Shown here: positions 43,087 through 52,287 of the stretch, one piece after another
Layout of the letters: every line of letters starts with the position of its first letter
Position numbering within the stretch: position 1 is the first letter of the stretch
NCBI GenBank assembly: GCA_902802805.1
Contig: CADCNE010000004.1
Location: 1-61,035 of the forward strand
Source of the DNA: an uncultured Eubacteriales bacterium
Lineage (GTDB): Bacteria; Bacillota; Clostridia; Christensenellales; CAG-138
Reading direction: 5' to 3'
DNA length: 61,035 nucleotides
Translations under genes and position numbers: made by a program
Notes under the pieces: model-generated
What the model was told of the DNA's origin: nothing
What the model saw: only the letters and a program-made list of their open reading frames with translations
Databases searched by the model: none

Positions 43087-45015
43087 ATGAATGTGACTGT
43101 ACGAGAAGAATACCTGGCCGCTCTCAAGGAGGGCCAGAAGGAATATGCAAAGCTGACGGACCTGGGGAAGGATCCCGGCCCGGCGGTGCTGGAGGAGCTG
43201 CTGCCGGAGGTGGGCAAGCTCACCGTCCAGGAGCTCAAGAGCCAGGAGATCCCCATGGACCGGATCGTGGGCACCCGGACCCGAGGCCGGACTTCGGCCC
43301 TGACGGCCAGCTTCCTGCCCCTGCTGCCGGAGGAAAGCGAGTTCGCCCAGAAATGGATGAACCTGTGCGAGGCGCACCTGAGCGAGACGGGCATCCGGGA
43401 CGCCATCCTTTGCTACGAGTACCTGGGCAGCTTCTACGTCCAGGAGGGCAACAAGCGGGTCAGCGTCCTCAAGCACTTCGGCAACCCCCGCATCCTCAGC
43501 GACGTGCGCCGGGTCCTGCCCGAAAAAACCGACGATCCCCGCATCCGGGCCTACTACGAGTTCGTGGACTTCCACCGGGCCACCGGCTCCTACGATATCC
43601 AGTTCCAGAAGCCCGGCGAGTACGCGAAGCTCCTTAGTGCCCTCGACAAGAAGCCCGGGGACGTCTGGACCGAGGAGGAGCGCCGCCGGTTCTCCGCCCG
43701 CTATGCCTACTTTAAGGAGGCCTTCACGGCCCTGGGCGGCCAGGGGAAGAATCTAAAGTGCGAAGACGCCCTGCTCCTCTGGCTCCGGGTCTACCCCTAC
43801 GAGCAGCTGGGCACCATGACCGGCAAGGAGCTGAAGGAGTCCCTGTCCGGGCTCTGGAAGGACGTGCAGGTCACGGGCGACGACGCGGTCCAGGTCCGCA
43901 CCGCCCCGGAGGAGGAGCAGCAAAGCCTCCTCACCAAGCTCATCTCCCCCGCCCCCAAGCGGTTGAACGTGGCGCTGATCTACCAGCAGGACGAAGAGAT
44001 CAGCACCTGGACAAATGGCCACGCCCAGGGCGCGGCCTACCTTCGGGAGACCTTATCTGACCAGGTGACGGTCCGGGAATACCGCCATGCGGACACGCCG
44101 GAGGAGACCTTGGCCCTTCTCGATCAGGCGGCGGAGGAAGGGGCGGATCTTATCTTCACCACCACGCCGCTGCTCTTGAGCGCCACGCTGAAGGCGGCGG
44201 TGAAATACCCCAAGGTGCGGTTTCTCAACTGCTCCGCCGGGACCAGCCTATCGAGCGTCCGCAGCTACTACTGCCGCATCTACGAGGGCAAGTTCATCAC
44301 CGGCCTCATCGCCGGGGCCATGGCCAAAAACGACCTCATTGGCTACGTGGCCTCCTACCCCATTTTGGGCGTGCCGGCCTCCATCAACGCCTTCACCCTG
44401 GGGGCCCGCATGACCAACCCCCGGGCAAAGGTGCTCCTTGAATGGAGCTGTCTTGAGGGGAGTGCGGTGGAGAAGCTCATCGCCCGGGGCGCCAGGGTGA
44501 TCTCCAACCGGGACGTGCCCGTGCCAAACGCCTATGGCATGGGCGAATTCGGCACCTGGCTCATCGACGAGGCGGGGCAGTTCTCGCCGCTGGCCTCCCC
44601 CTGCTGGATGTGGGGCAAGCTCTACGAGAACCTGGTCCGCACAGTCCTCTCCGGCAGCTACGACCAGAAAAAGGCCCCCGAGGCCATCAACTACTGGTGG
44701 GGTATGGACAGCGGCGCCATCGACGTGCAGATGACGGACCTGGTGCCCGAGGGCACCAGGACGCTGGCCGCCTCGCTGATGAACGACATCCGCTCCGGGG
44801 CCCTGCTCCCCTTCCAGCGGGCCATGGTGAGCCAGGACGGCATCATGAGAAACGACGGCAGCCGGGACCTCACCACCCGGGAGCTGCTGATGATGGACTA
44901 TCTCATGGACGGGGTGGAAGGGACCATCCCCTCCTATGAGGAGCTGCTGCCCATGTCCCGGGCTTTGGTGCGGGAGCTAGGCCTCCACAAGGAAGACCTG
45001 CCGCATGAGGTGTAA
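43087..45015 (+). CDS. cytoplasmic fusion protein: N-terminal ParB/Srx-like region + C-terminal BMP-family (Med/PnrA-like) ligand-binding domain
   Basis: 642 aa with no signal peptide. The C-terminal half (VALIYQQDEE...GKFITGLIAGAMAKNDLIGYVASYPILGVPASINAFTLGARMTNP) is BMP/PBP1-like. The N-terminal IPMDRIVG...FYVQEGNKRVSVLKHFG is tentatively ParB-N-like. Confidence 0.6.
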   Translation: MNVTVREEYLAALKEGQKEYAKLTDLGKDPGPAVLEELLPEVGKLTVQELKSQEIPMDRIVGTRTRGRTSALTASFLPLLPEESEFAQKWMNLCEAHLSETGIRDAILCYEYLGSFYVQEGNKRVSVLKHFGNPRILSDVRRVLPEKTDDPRIRAYYEFVDFHRATGSYDIQFQKPGEYAKLLSALDKKPGDVWTEEERRRFSARYAYFKEAFTALGGQGKNLKCEDALLLWLRVYPYEQLGTMTGKELKESLSGLWKDVQVTGDDAVQVRTAPEEEQQSLLTKLISPAPKRLNVALIYQQDEEISTWTNGHAQGAAYLRETLSDQVTVREYRHADTPEETLALLDQAAEEGADLIFTTTPLLLSATLKAAVKYPKVRFLNCSAGTSLSSVRSYYCRIYEGKFITGLIAGAMAKNDLIGYVASYPILGVPASINAFTLGARMTNPRAKVLLEWSCLEGSAVEKLIARGARVISNRDVPVPNAYGMGEFGTWLIDEAGQFSPLASPCWMWGKLYENLVRTVLSGSYDQKKAPEAINYWWGMDSGAIDVQMTDLVPEGTRTLAASLMNDIRSGALLPFQRAMVSQDGIMRNDGSRDLTTRELLMMDYLMDGVEGTIPSYEELLPMSRALVRELGLHKEDLPHEV

Positions 45016-45018
45016 GCC

Positions 45019-45598
45019 ATGCGCATTTTGACCGTGTCCGACGAGGAGTGCCCGGCCCTCTGGGACCACTACGCCCCCGGAAAGCTGGAGGGATACGACC
45101 TGATCCTGTCCGCCGGGGATCTGAAGGCGGACTATCTGTCCTTTCTGGTGACCATGGCCCACGCGCCGCTTCTCTACGTCCACGGGAACCACGACGAGGG
45201 GTACAGCCGCCGCCCGCCGGAGGGCTGCGACTGCATCGACGATCAGCTGGTGGTGTACCGTGGCCTGCGTATCCTGGGTCTCGGGGGCTGTCTCCAGTAT
45301 CGGCCCGACGCCCCGGGGTCTGGGTGACGAGGAGGATCTGCCCCACCGGGGGTTCGTCTGCTTTCAAAAGCTGCTGGACCGGTACCATCCCTTATGTCTG
45401 GTCCACGGCCACGTCCACCTAAGGGGCTGGCCCCTGCCCGACCGGGAAATCACCTACGAAGGCACCCGAATCGTCAACGCCTCAGAGCGGTTTGTTCTGG
45501 AGCTGCCGGACCGGCCCTTCGACCCGGCGGGCAAATACGCCCTGCGCTATCTCACCCGGCACAGGGAGCCGGAGGACCAGGCTTCCCTCTCATATTGA
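45019..45598 (+). pseudogene. metallophosphoesterase family gene disrupted by an internal deletion and frameshift
   Basis: Frame 1 (45019..45327) encodes MRILTVSDEE..GDLKADYLSFL..VHGNHDEGY..GLGGCLQYRPDAPGSG and then a stop. The family C-terminus (GLGDEEDLPHRGF..LVHGHVHLRG..) continues in the +1 frame to 45598. The roughly 35-40 aa that normally separate these motifs are absent. Confidence 0.65.
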
Positions 45599-45604
45599 TC
45601 TGTC

Positions 45605-45639
45605 AAAAAAAGGAGCATCGGTTCACGATGCTCCTTTTT
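45605..45639. terminator. bidirectional rho-independent terminator
   Basis: An A7 run, then the ggagcatcg-gttca-cgatgctcc stem, then a T5 run. It lies between convergent genes. Confidence 0.8.
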
Positions 45640-45662
45640 GGGTTCCCGTCTTCATACCCCGG

Positions 45663-46736
45663 TCATATGCCCAGCTTCTTCAACAGCTCATATCTGTCAT
45701 TTCCTCGAGCAAGATCAGCCCTCACGTATCTGATCCTTCCCATGCCTTGTCTTATGTAGCGAAATATCTGATAGAGCCAGCAAAAGGGTCGTAACCCATG
45801 ATGTCGATGATACGCTTTCCAGTTATATTCACCGGCGCGCTGAAGATAGCGGAACAGCCCCTCACGACTCATAGTGATCATGATCCTTTCCACATTGTTG
45901 CCGAGACCCTGCTTCCGGCCGAAGTTCCCGGATATCAGCAAGCTGTCCAGCAGCTCATCCACAAGCGCTTCATCGGCATCGCGGCACCAGGTGATGTCGG
46001 TCGTCAGCCCCAGGTATTTCTGGCAGAGGGCCGTTGCGGTGACGGCCAACGTGGTCAGCTTGGTTTCCTCTGCCGCAAGGTGGAATGAATTCTGCCAGAA
46101 TCCGTCGTTCAGCTCTCTGTGGCAGTACATCATCCAGTCGATCACCTGTCGAAGCCCTAATCCGCTTTTCAAGTGGCCCCTCATGTGATCCAGCAAAACA
46201 AGCCCGTTCGCCAGCGGCGGCAGCATGGGGAACTCGTGTTGATCGATCCGTCCCGTTACCCGATGCTCCAATCCGTCCAACACATATCGCTCCATGTCGA
46301 CGTCCTCATGGGAATACCGACGGTGCAATTCAAAATGGATGCCGCCTTTGCTGTAGGCGATATGCCTTTCATTGTCTTCGCCTCGAGTATACCCGTTTGC
46401 CTCCAGCAACTCCGTAGCACGCGCAAACCGTTCCGGCGAAACCAGAAAGTCGATATCCCCAAAGGAGCGACGGGAGGGGACCGGATAATATACCGCGGCA
46501 GCGGCGCCCTTGAGAATGACCAAGGGGATGCCATGGCTTTCCAGGAGCTGGATCAGCTCCTGCTCCTCATACGTATATCGAATATAATATGCGATCTGCT
46601 GATACGACGTCTTCAGGATCAGCCCGGCGACCGCCTGATGCTCTGCTTCGGAAGCGACCTCGGAAGGGATCTCCGTCGGTTGCTCGTCCTTCCACAATGA
46701 CCTCGATATAAGATTGAGCAACGTTTGTTCTGTCAT
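45663..46736 (-). CDS. nucleotidyltransferase family protein (NTP_transf_5 / uncharacterised nucleotidyltransferase)
   Basis: 357 aa. FGDIDFLVSPERFARATELLEANGY is a typical NTP_transf_5 motif. G+C is visibly lower than in flanking genes. Confidence 0.7.
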   Translation of the reverse strand: MTEQTLLNLISRSLWKDEQPTEIPSEVASEAEHQAVAGLILKTSYQQIAYYIRYTYEEQELIQLLESHGIPLVILKGAAAAVYYPVPSRRSFGDIDFLVSPERFARATELLEANGYTRGEDNERHIAYSKGGIHFELHRRYSHEDVDMERYVLDGLEHRVTGRIDQHEFPMLPPLANGLVLLDHMRGHLKSGLGLRQVIDWMMYCHRELNDGFWQNSFHLAAEETKLTTLAVTATALCQKYLGLTTDITWCRDADEALVDELLDSLLISGNFGRKQGLGNNVERIMITMSREGLFRYLQRAGEYNWKAYHRHHGLRPFCWLYQIFRYIRQGMGRIRYVRADLARGNDRYELLKKLGI

Positions 46737-46838
46737 GTCTGTTTTACGATGCTTTTGCGGTAGGTACAGTCCGCAGACGATATCATCCCCTATGCCGGAA
46801 CGTTCCCCGATCCGCGAACTGTATTCGAGTTCTACGCC

Positions 46839-48875
46839 TCAGCTGACGGCCTTTTGGGGTTCCGCAGGATCGGTGACGGCGGGATGATAGGTGGGGACCA
46901 TGGCCATGAGCCGATCGCGGATGTCCGATTTGTTAGAGTAAGCGGCGCTCATAAGGGCTACCAGCTCCACCAGGAACGCATCATGATCGAAGGGGATGGG
47001 ACTGCCGATATGGATGAGTTTGTTGTCCGTCTTCCGAAGGCCCTCTTCGGCCATGAGCTTCTCCTCGTACAGCTTCTCCCCAGGCCTAAGGCCGGTGTAC
47101 TCGATCTCGATATCCACCCCGGGCTTGAAGCCGGCCAGCTTGATCAGGTTCCGGGCCAGCGTGTCGATCTTCACGGGCCGGCCCATATCCAGCACGAAGA
47201 TCTCGCCGCCGTGGGCGTAGGTCCCCGCCAGCATGACCAGGCTCACCGCCTCGGGGATGGTCATGAAGTAGCGGATGATGTCCGGGTGGGTCACGGTCAC
47301 GGGGCCGCCCTTGGCAATCTGCTTTTTGAAGACGCCGATGACGGAACCGTTGCTGCCCAGCACGTTCCCGAAGCGGACCGCCACGAACTCGGTCTTCACG
47401 TTCTGGAAGACCCGGCCGGTGCCGTCCTTATCTGCGTTCTCCTCCCCCAGGTGGGTGAACAGCTGCGGGATCTCGCTGGCTTTGCCCGCCTTGATCTTGG
47501 CGTCGAAGCACTGGATGATCATCTCGCACAGCCGCTTGCTGGTGCCCATGACGTTGGTGGGGTTCACGGCCTTGTCCGTGGAGATGAGCACGAACCGCTC
47601 GCAGCCATGGACCATGGCGGCGTAGGCGGTCTTATAGGTGCCGATCACGTTGTTCTTCACGGCCTCGCAGGGACTGTCCTCCATGAGGGGCACGTGCTTG
47701 TGGGCTGCGGCGTGGTAAACCACCTGGGGCCGATAGGTGTCGAACACCTGGAAGATCCGTCGGCTGTCACGCACGGAACCGATGAGGGTGACCAGCTTCA
47801 GGTCCGGATACTTGTCCTTCAGCTCCAGCTGGATGTCGTAGGCGTTGTTCTCGTAGATATCGAAGATGATCAGCTCCGCGGGCTCGTGGGCTGCCACCTG
47901 CCGGCAGAGCTCGCTGCCGATGGACCCGCCGCCGCCGGTGACCAGCACCCGCTTGCCGTGGATGAAATCGAAGACCTCCTGCATGTCCGCCCGGATGGGC
48001 TCCCGGCCCAGCAGATCATCTACGGACACGTCCTTCATGGCGGCTACAGTGATCTCTCCGGTCATGAACTGGTACATGCCGGGCAGCTGCTTGAGCTCAC
48101 AGTCCGTCTGGCTGCAAATGCCCAAAATGTCTCGCTTGTTCGCCTCAGAAGCGCTGGGGATAGCCAGGAAGATCTTGTTCACGTGATACTTCTTCACGTT
48201 CAGCAGGATATCATCCCGACCGCCCACCACGGGCACGTTTTCCAAATACCTTCCCCATTTGCTGGGATCGTCGTCGATGATGCAGACCGCCTTGTCCTCC
48301 GGCTTCTCCACCTGGCTGAGGTCCCGCAGGATCATCTGCCCCGCGTCGCCGGCGCCGATGAGCATGACCCGGCCCAGGGCCTCGGTGCGCTGGAAATACT
48401 GTTTTAGCTCATAGCGAAGGAGCCGATAGGCGAACCGCACTCCGCCCAGCAGCAGCAGTTGCAGGATCGCGCCGCCGAAGTAATATGAGAGGGGCATGCG
48501 GCCGCCCTGAAGACCGCTTCCATACAGGACGGTGATCCCCACCGCATGCAGTATGCTGGAAAGAAGGGACACCACCAGCAGCCGCGCCAGCTCCGGCATG
48601 CTGGCGTAGCGCCACAGGCTCCGGTACAGCCGAAACACGAACAGCAGGAAGATCGTCACCGCCACATAGGGAATGATGAACCGCCGGTACGCCGAAAAGT
48701 AGTCCGCCGGGATCTCAGAGAACCGAAAGTCGAACCGTGCCCACAGCACCGCGAACCAGGCGAAGGCTATGGCAACGATATCGTACACCAGCATGAGGGA
48801 CGACAGTATCCGCCATCGCCAAACTCTGGGTTTCTCCTGTTTGTCCATGAATCTGGATGTATGCAATTTGTCCAT
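46839..48875 (-). CDS. membrane-bound polysaccharide biosynthesis protein (CapD/PglF-like NDP-sugar 4,6-dehydratase)
   Basis: 678 aa. Four N-terminal TM segments. VLVTGGGGSIGSEL Rossmann motif and Polysacc_synt_2-like sequence. Confidence 0.9.
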   Translation of the reverse strand: MDKLHTSRFMDKQEKPRVWRWRILSSLMLVYDIVAIAFAWFAVLWARFDFRFSEIPADYFSAYRRFIIPYVAVTIFLLFVFRLYRSLWRYASMPELARLLVVSLLSSILHAVGITVLYGSGLQGGRMPLSYYFGGAILQLLLLGGVRFAYRLLRYELKQYFQRTEALGRVMLIGAGDAGQMILRDLSQVEKPEDKAVCIIDDDPSKWGRYLENVPVVGGRDDILLNVKKYHVNKIFLAIPSASEANKRDILGICSQTDCELKQLPGMYQFMTGEITVAAMKDVSVDDLLGREPIRADMQEVFDFIHGKRVLVTGGGGSIGSELCRQVAAHEPAELIIFDIYENNAYDIQLELKDKYPDLKLVTLIGSVRDSRRIFQVFDTYRPQVVYHAAAHKHVPLMEDSPCEAVKNNVIGTYKTAYAAMVHGCERFVLISTDKAVNPTNVMGTSKRLCEMIIQCFDAKIKAGKASEIPQLFTHLGEENADKDGTGRVFQNVKTEFVAVRFGNVLGSNGSVIGVFKKQIAKGGPVTVTHPDIIRYFMTIPEAVSLVMLAGTYAHGGEIFVLDMGRPVKIDTLARNLIKLAGFKPGVDIEIEYTGLRPGEKLYEEKLMAEEGLRKTDNKLIHIGSPIPFDHDAFLVELVALMSAAYSNKSDIRDRLMAMVPTYHPAVTDPAEPQKAVS

Positions 48876-49015
48876 CTCTCTCCCCCTGTCTCCCCTGCAG
48901 GAAGACCTGTATTCCTGCCGTGCACGGGATCAGCTTTCGCCGCGAACTGCTGCAAAACCGGTTCGGCATGTGTGCGGAATTCGCCAAAAAAGTGTATACC
49001 TGTACACCTAGTATG

Positions 49016-49044
49016 ATTATATAAGGAAACCGAAAATAAGTCAA
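49016..49044 (-). promoter_or_regulatory. consensus SigA-type promoter driving the CapD-like gene
   Basis: On the minus strand: TTGACT (49044-49039), 17 nt spacer, TATAAT (49021-49016). The leader is roughly 130 nt. Confidence 0.7.
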
Positions 49045-49074
49045 TAATCCGGTAATAATACCCATGCGTGCGCG

Positions 49075-49099
49075 AAAAAACTCAGCCTTTCGGGCTGAG
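49075..49099 (-). terminator. rho-independent terminator after the NusG-like gene
   Basis: On the minus strand: ctcagcc-cgaaa-ggctgag stem followed by a T6 run. Confidence 0.75.
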
Positions 49100-49130
49100 A
49101 TGCAGGAACGCGGTATATGCCGGTGTGACC

Positions 49131-49541
49131 CTATGATTCGTTCGTATCCTTCTTCTGCACGTACTCGATGGAGCACCAGATGGCGTGGAACAGTCCCCCT
49201 TCTCCGCCGACGCTGATCTGGACAAGGCCGCGGCCCTTGTTCACTTTCAGGACCTGCCCCTCCATGCCCACCAGAGGCCCGCTGACGAAGGCGATCCGGG
49301 TGCCCACCTTCACCACTTCACTCACGTCGATGAGCCCCTCGTGGGCTTTGAGCCATCGAACGAAGTCCAGGTCCGATCCCCGAAGCTCCGGAGTCTCGTC
49401 CTGATAATGCAGTATCTTCAGCACGGAAGAATATCGGATGAGCCCCGTCCAGTCCGGCTCCGACCGTATATTGGAGAAGATGAGCATCCTCATGACGTTT
49501 TGCTCCTGTCCGGCCTTGCAGAACAGGCAATACCAGGGCAT
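49131..49541 (-). CDS. NusG-family paralogue (KOW-domain transcription antiterminator-like, LoaP/UpxY-type context)
   Basis: 136 aa. The N-terminal MPWYCLFCKAGQEQNV is the NGN-type start. VKVGTRIAFVSGPLVGMEGQVLKVNKGRG is KOW-like. The NGN domain looks short. Confidence 0.55.
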   Translation of the reverse strand: MPWYCLFCKAGQEQNVMRMLIFSNIRSEPDWTGLIRYSSVLKILHYQDETPELRGSDLDFVRWLKAHEGLIDVSEVVKVGTRIAFVSGPLVGMEGQVLKVNKGRGLVQISVGGEGGLFHAIWCSIEYVQKKDTNES

Positions 49542-49572
49542 AGGTTCTCTCTCCGTCGATCAATTCTTACCG

Positions 49573-50586
49573 TTACGATTCGTACCCGCGAGGGTTGTTT
49601 TGCTGCCAGCGCCAGGCGTCGGCGCACATGTCCTTCAATGTGCGCTTGGCGGTCCAGTGCAGGAGCTCCCGGCTCTTTTCGGGGTCTGCGTAGCAGGTAG
49701 CGATATCCCCGGGCCGCCGGGGGCCGATCCGGTGAGGCAGGGTGAGGCCGTTGACCTCTTCGAAGGCCTTCACCATATCGAGGACGGAGTAGCCCTGGCC
49801 CGTGCCCAGGTTGAAGACCTCCGTGCCGGTGTGGGCCATGAGGTAGTCGATGGCGGCGGCGTGGCCCTCGGCCAGGTCCATAACGTGGATGTAGTCCCGG
49901 ATGCAGGTGCCGTCGGGGGTGGGGTAATCGTCGCCGAACACCACCAGTTCCTTGCGGACGCCGCAGGCGGTCTGGGTGATGAATGGCATCAGGTTGTTGG
50001 GGATGCCGTTGGGCGCTTCACCGATGCGGCCCGAGGGATGGGCCCCCACGGGGTTGAAGTAGCGAAGGAGCACCGCGGACCATTCGGGATCGGCCTTCAC
50101 CGCGTCCCGGATGATCTCCTCGCACATGAACTTGGTCCAGCCGTAGGGGTTGGTGCAGCCCATGCGCCCGGTCTCGTTGAGGGGCATGGTGTTCTCCGTG
50201 CTGTAGACCGTGGCGGAGGAGGAGAAGATGATCCGCTTCACGCCGTTCCTGCCCATGACCTTCAAAAGGGTCATGGTGGAAAGCAGGTTGTTTTCATAGT
50301 ATGCGAGGGGCTTTTGGACGCTCTCCCCCACGGCCTTCAGGCCCGCGAAGTGAATGGCGCAGTCGATCTCGTTCTCCTCGAACACCTTCTGGAGGGCCGC
50401 CTCGTCCCGCACGTCGATCTCATACAGGGGTATCCTCTTCCCCGTCAGTTCCTCCACCCGGCGCAATGACTCGGGGGAGCTGTTCGAGAAATTGTCCACG
50501 GCCACCACGTCGCAGCCCAGCTCCAATAGAGCGAGGCACGTGTGGGACCCGATGTATCCGGCGCCGCCGGTGACCAATACCTTCAT
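49573..50586 (-). CDS. galE: UDP-glucose 4-epimerase
   Basis: 337 aa. MKVLVTGGAGYIGSH, and YGWTK (the YxxxK motif). Confidence 0.92.
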   Translation of the reverse strand: MKVLVTGGAGYIGSHTCLALLELGCDVVAVDNFSNSSPESLRRVEELTGKRIPLYEIDVRDEAALQKVFEENEIDCAIHFAGLKAVGESVQKPLAYYENNLLSTMTLLKVMGRNGVKRIIFSSSATVYSTENTMPLNETGRMGCTNPYGWTKFMCEEIIRDAVKADPEWSAVLLRYFNPVGAHPSGRIGEAPNGIPNNLMPFITQTACGVRKELVVFGDDYPTPDGTCIRDYIHVMDLAEGHAAAIDYLMAHTGTEVFNLGTGQGYSVLDMVKAFEEVNGLTLPHRIGPRRPGDIATCYADPEKSRELLHWTAKRTLKDMCADAWRWQQNNPRGYES

Positions 50587-50596
50587 GTTTTGCTCC

Positions 50597-51346
50597 TTAT
50601 TTCGCCGGTTCGCAGAGGTAGGGGAAGTAGGGAATGACCTTGAGTTTAAAGAGGTTCAACTTGTGCAGCCGGTCGATGCGGGCCTTGGCGGCCAGATCCT
50701 CGATGACCCCCTCCCGGATGTAGCGGTCCAGCGCTGCGTAGGTGAAGCCCAGGTTGTCCTCGTCGGTCTTGCCGCAGAGGCCGTCGCTGGGCACTTTCTC
50801 CACTAACACCTCAGGCAGGCCCAGAGCGTGGCCGATGGCCTTGACCTCCCGGACCACCAGCTTGCCGAGGGGCGCGAAGTCGCCGGCGGAATCGCCGTAG
50901 CGGGTGGAGTAGCCCACATAGTCCTCGGACCAGTTGCAGGTGTTGGCCACCCGGCCGTTCAGCGACTGGCTCAGGGCGTACTCACAGCTCATGCGGATGC
51001 GAGGGGCCAGGTTGATGCGGGTCTGGTTGCTGATCTCCACCCCAGTCTTCTCGATCTCCCGAAGGCACGCCTCATAGGTGTCGTGGATGTTCAGGGTGTA
51101 GTACCGGATGCCCAACGTCTCCACCAGCAGGTGAGACATGTCGATGTCGGGCTGCTCCCCGTTGGGCATGAGCACGCCGATGACCCGGTCCTTCCCCAAC
51201 GCCTCCACGCACAGGGCCGCCACCACGGAGCTGTCCTTGCCGCCGGAGATGCCGATGACGGCATTGCAGCCCTTACCATTCTCCTCGAACCAGTCCCGGA
51301 TCCACTGGACCAGCTGATCTTTCACTTTGTACGCATCAAATTCCAT
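50597..51346 (-). CDS. nadE: ammonia-dependent NAD(+) synthetase
   Basis: ORF trimmed to MEFDAYK, 8 nt after GGAGG. VIGISGGKDSSVVAAL is a PP-loop. Confidence 0.9.
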   Translation of the reverse strand: MEFDAYKVKDQLVQWIRDWFEENGKGCNAVIGISGGKDSSVVAALCVEALGKDRVIGVLMPNGEQPDIDMSHLLVETLGIRYYTLNIHDTYEACLREIEKTGVEISNQTRINLAPRIRMSCEYALSQSLNGRVANTCNWSEDYVGYSTRYGDSAGDFAPLGKLVVREVKAIGHALGLPEVLVEKVPSDGLCGKTDEDNLGFTYAALDRYIREGVIEDLAAKARIDRLHKLNLFKLKVIPYFPYLCEPAK

Positions 51347-51522
51347 GGTCATGACCTCCATAGGGTTTTGTTTATTGTACCCCGAAATCCAGGGGATTTC
51401 AACCGAAAAATCACGGTGACACCATAAATGGAACCAGCGTCATAGGATAAATGTGAACGAATGATAGGAAACCAACAGCCCCCTTTGGCGCTATGCTGGG
51501 GGTGAAAGGAGGATATCCGTAT

Positions 51523-52287
51523 ATGGAAAAGAACGTCAATGGTTTTATCGAATATCTGAAAGAACAGGTGGGCGAGCCCTATCTCTGGGGCGGGCAGCAC
51601 ACGAAGCTGACGCCGGAGAACTACATCCGAGTCATCGAGAAGAAGGAAGCGGGCCGGGGTGGATATAAAGACGGCACCAGCTATGCGCAGGCAGCCATCG
51701 ACTTTTGCCGAAGGAAGTTTGACGAGGGGGCCACGGTCCTCTACGCCTACGACTGCTCGGGCCTGGGGTGCTACTGGCTCTGCAACCTCACGCACCTCTA
51801 CAAGTGCGACGTGAACGCCAACACCATGATGGGCCGCTGTGAGCTGCGGGAGGAGCCTCCTAAGAAGGGCTGGTGGGTGTTTCGGCTGGACGGCAGGCGC
51901 GCCAGCCACATCGGCTATATAATCGACGATCAGTACCTGATTGAAGCCAAGGGCCGCAGGTACGGGGTGGTGAAGACGAAATATAGAGAAAAAGACTGGG
52001 CCTGCTGGGGCATCCCCAAGGTGTTCGCGGACGAACTGACGCCCCAGCCGGAGCCGCCTGTCCCGGTACCCGAGCAGCAGGTGGAGGTCCTGGGCAAGAG
52101 CGTGAACGTGCGCAATGCGGACAGCAAGAAGGGCAAGATCCTGTTCACCGCCCACCGGGGCGACCGCTTTCCCTTCCTCGCCGTGGCCCCCTCCGGCTGG
52201 TACGAGATCGACACGAAAAAAGGGCAGGGGTTCATCACCAGCCTGGCCCGGTATACGAAGCTTATTGAATGTCCCCCCGCCGAATGA
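51523..52287 (+). CDS. NlpC/P60 family cell-wall hydrolase with a C-terminal SH3-like domain
   Basis: ORF trimmed to MEKNVNGF after AAAGGAGGA. GEPYLWGG..YDCSGL..HIGYII forms a catalytic Cys/His pattern. The C-terminus is SH3b-like. Confidence 0.85.
   Translation: MEKNVNGFIEYLKEQVGEPYLWGGQHTKLTPENYIRVIEKKEAGRGGYKDGTSYAQAAIDFCRRKFDEGATVLYAYDCSGLGCYWLCNLTHLYKCDVNANTMMGRCELREEPPKKGWWVFRLDGRRASHIGYIIDDQYLIEAKGRRYGVVKTKYREKDWACWGIPKVFADELTPQPEPPVPVPEQQVEVLGKSVNVRNADSKKGKILFTAHRGDRFPFLAVAPSGWYEIDTKKGQGFITSLARYTKLIECPPAE

Noticed and set aside
46854-48407. 517-aa plus-strand ORF opposite the CapD-like gene. The same applies to 58544..60118 opposite livG/livM, 56294..57598 opposite the M42 peptidase and 55225..56112 opposite metQ.
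   Set aside because: Same reasoning: they are antisense to recognisable genes and have biased composition.
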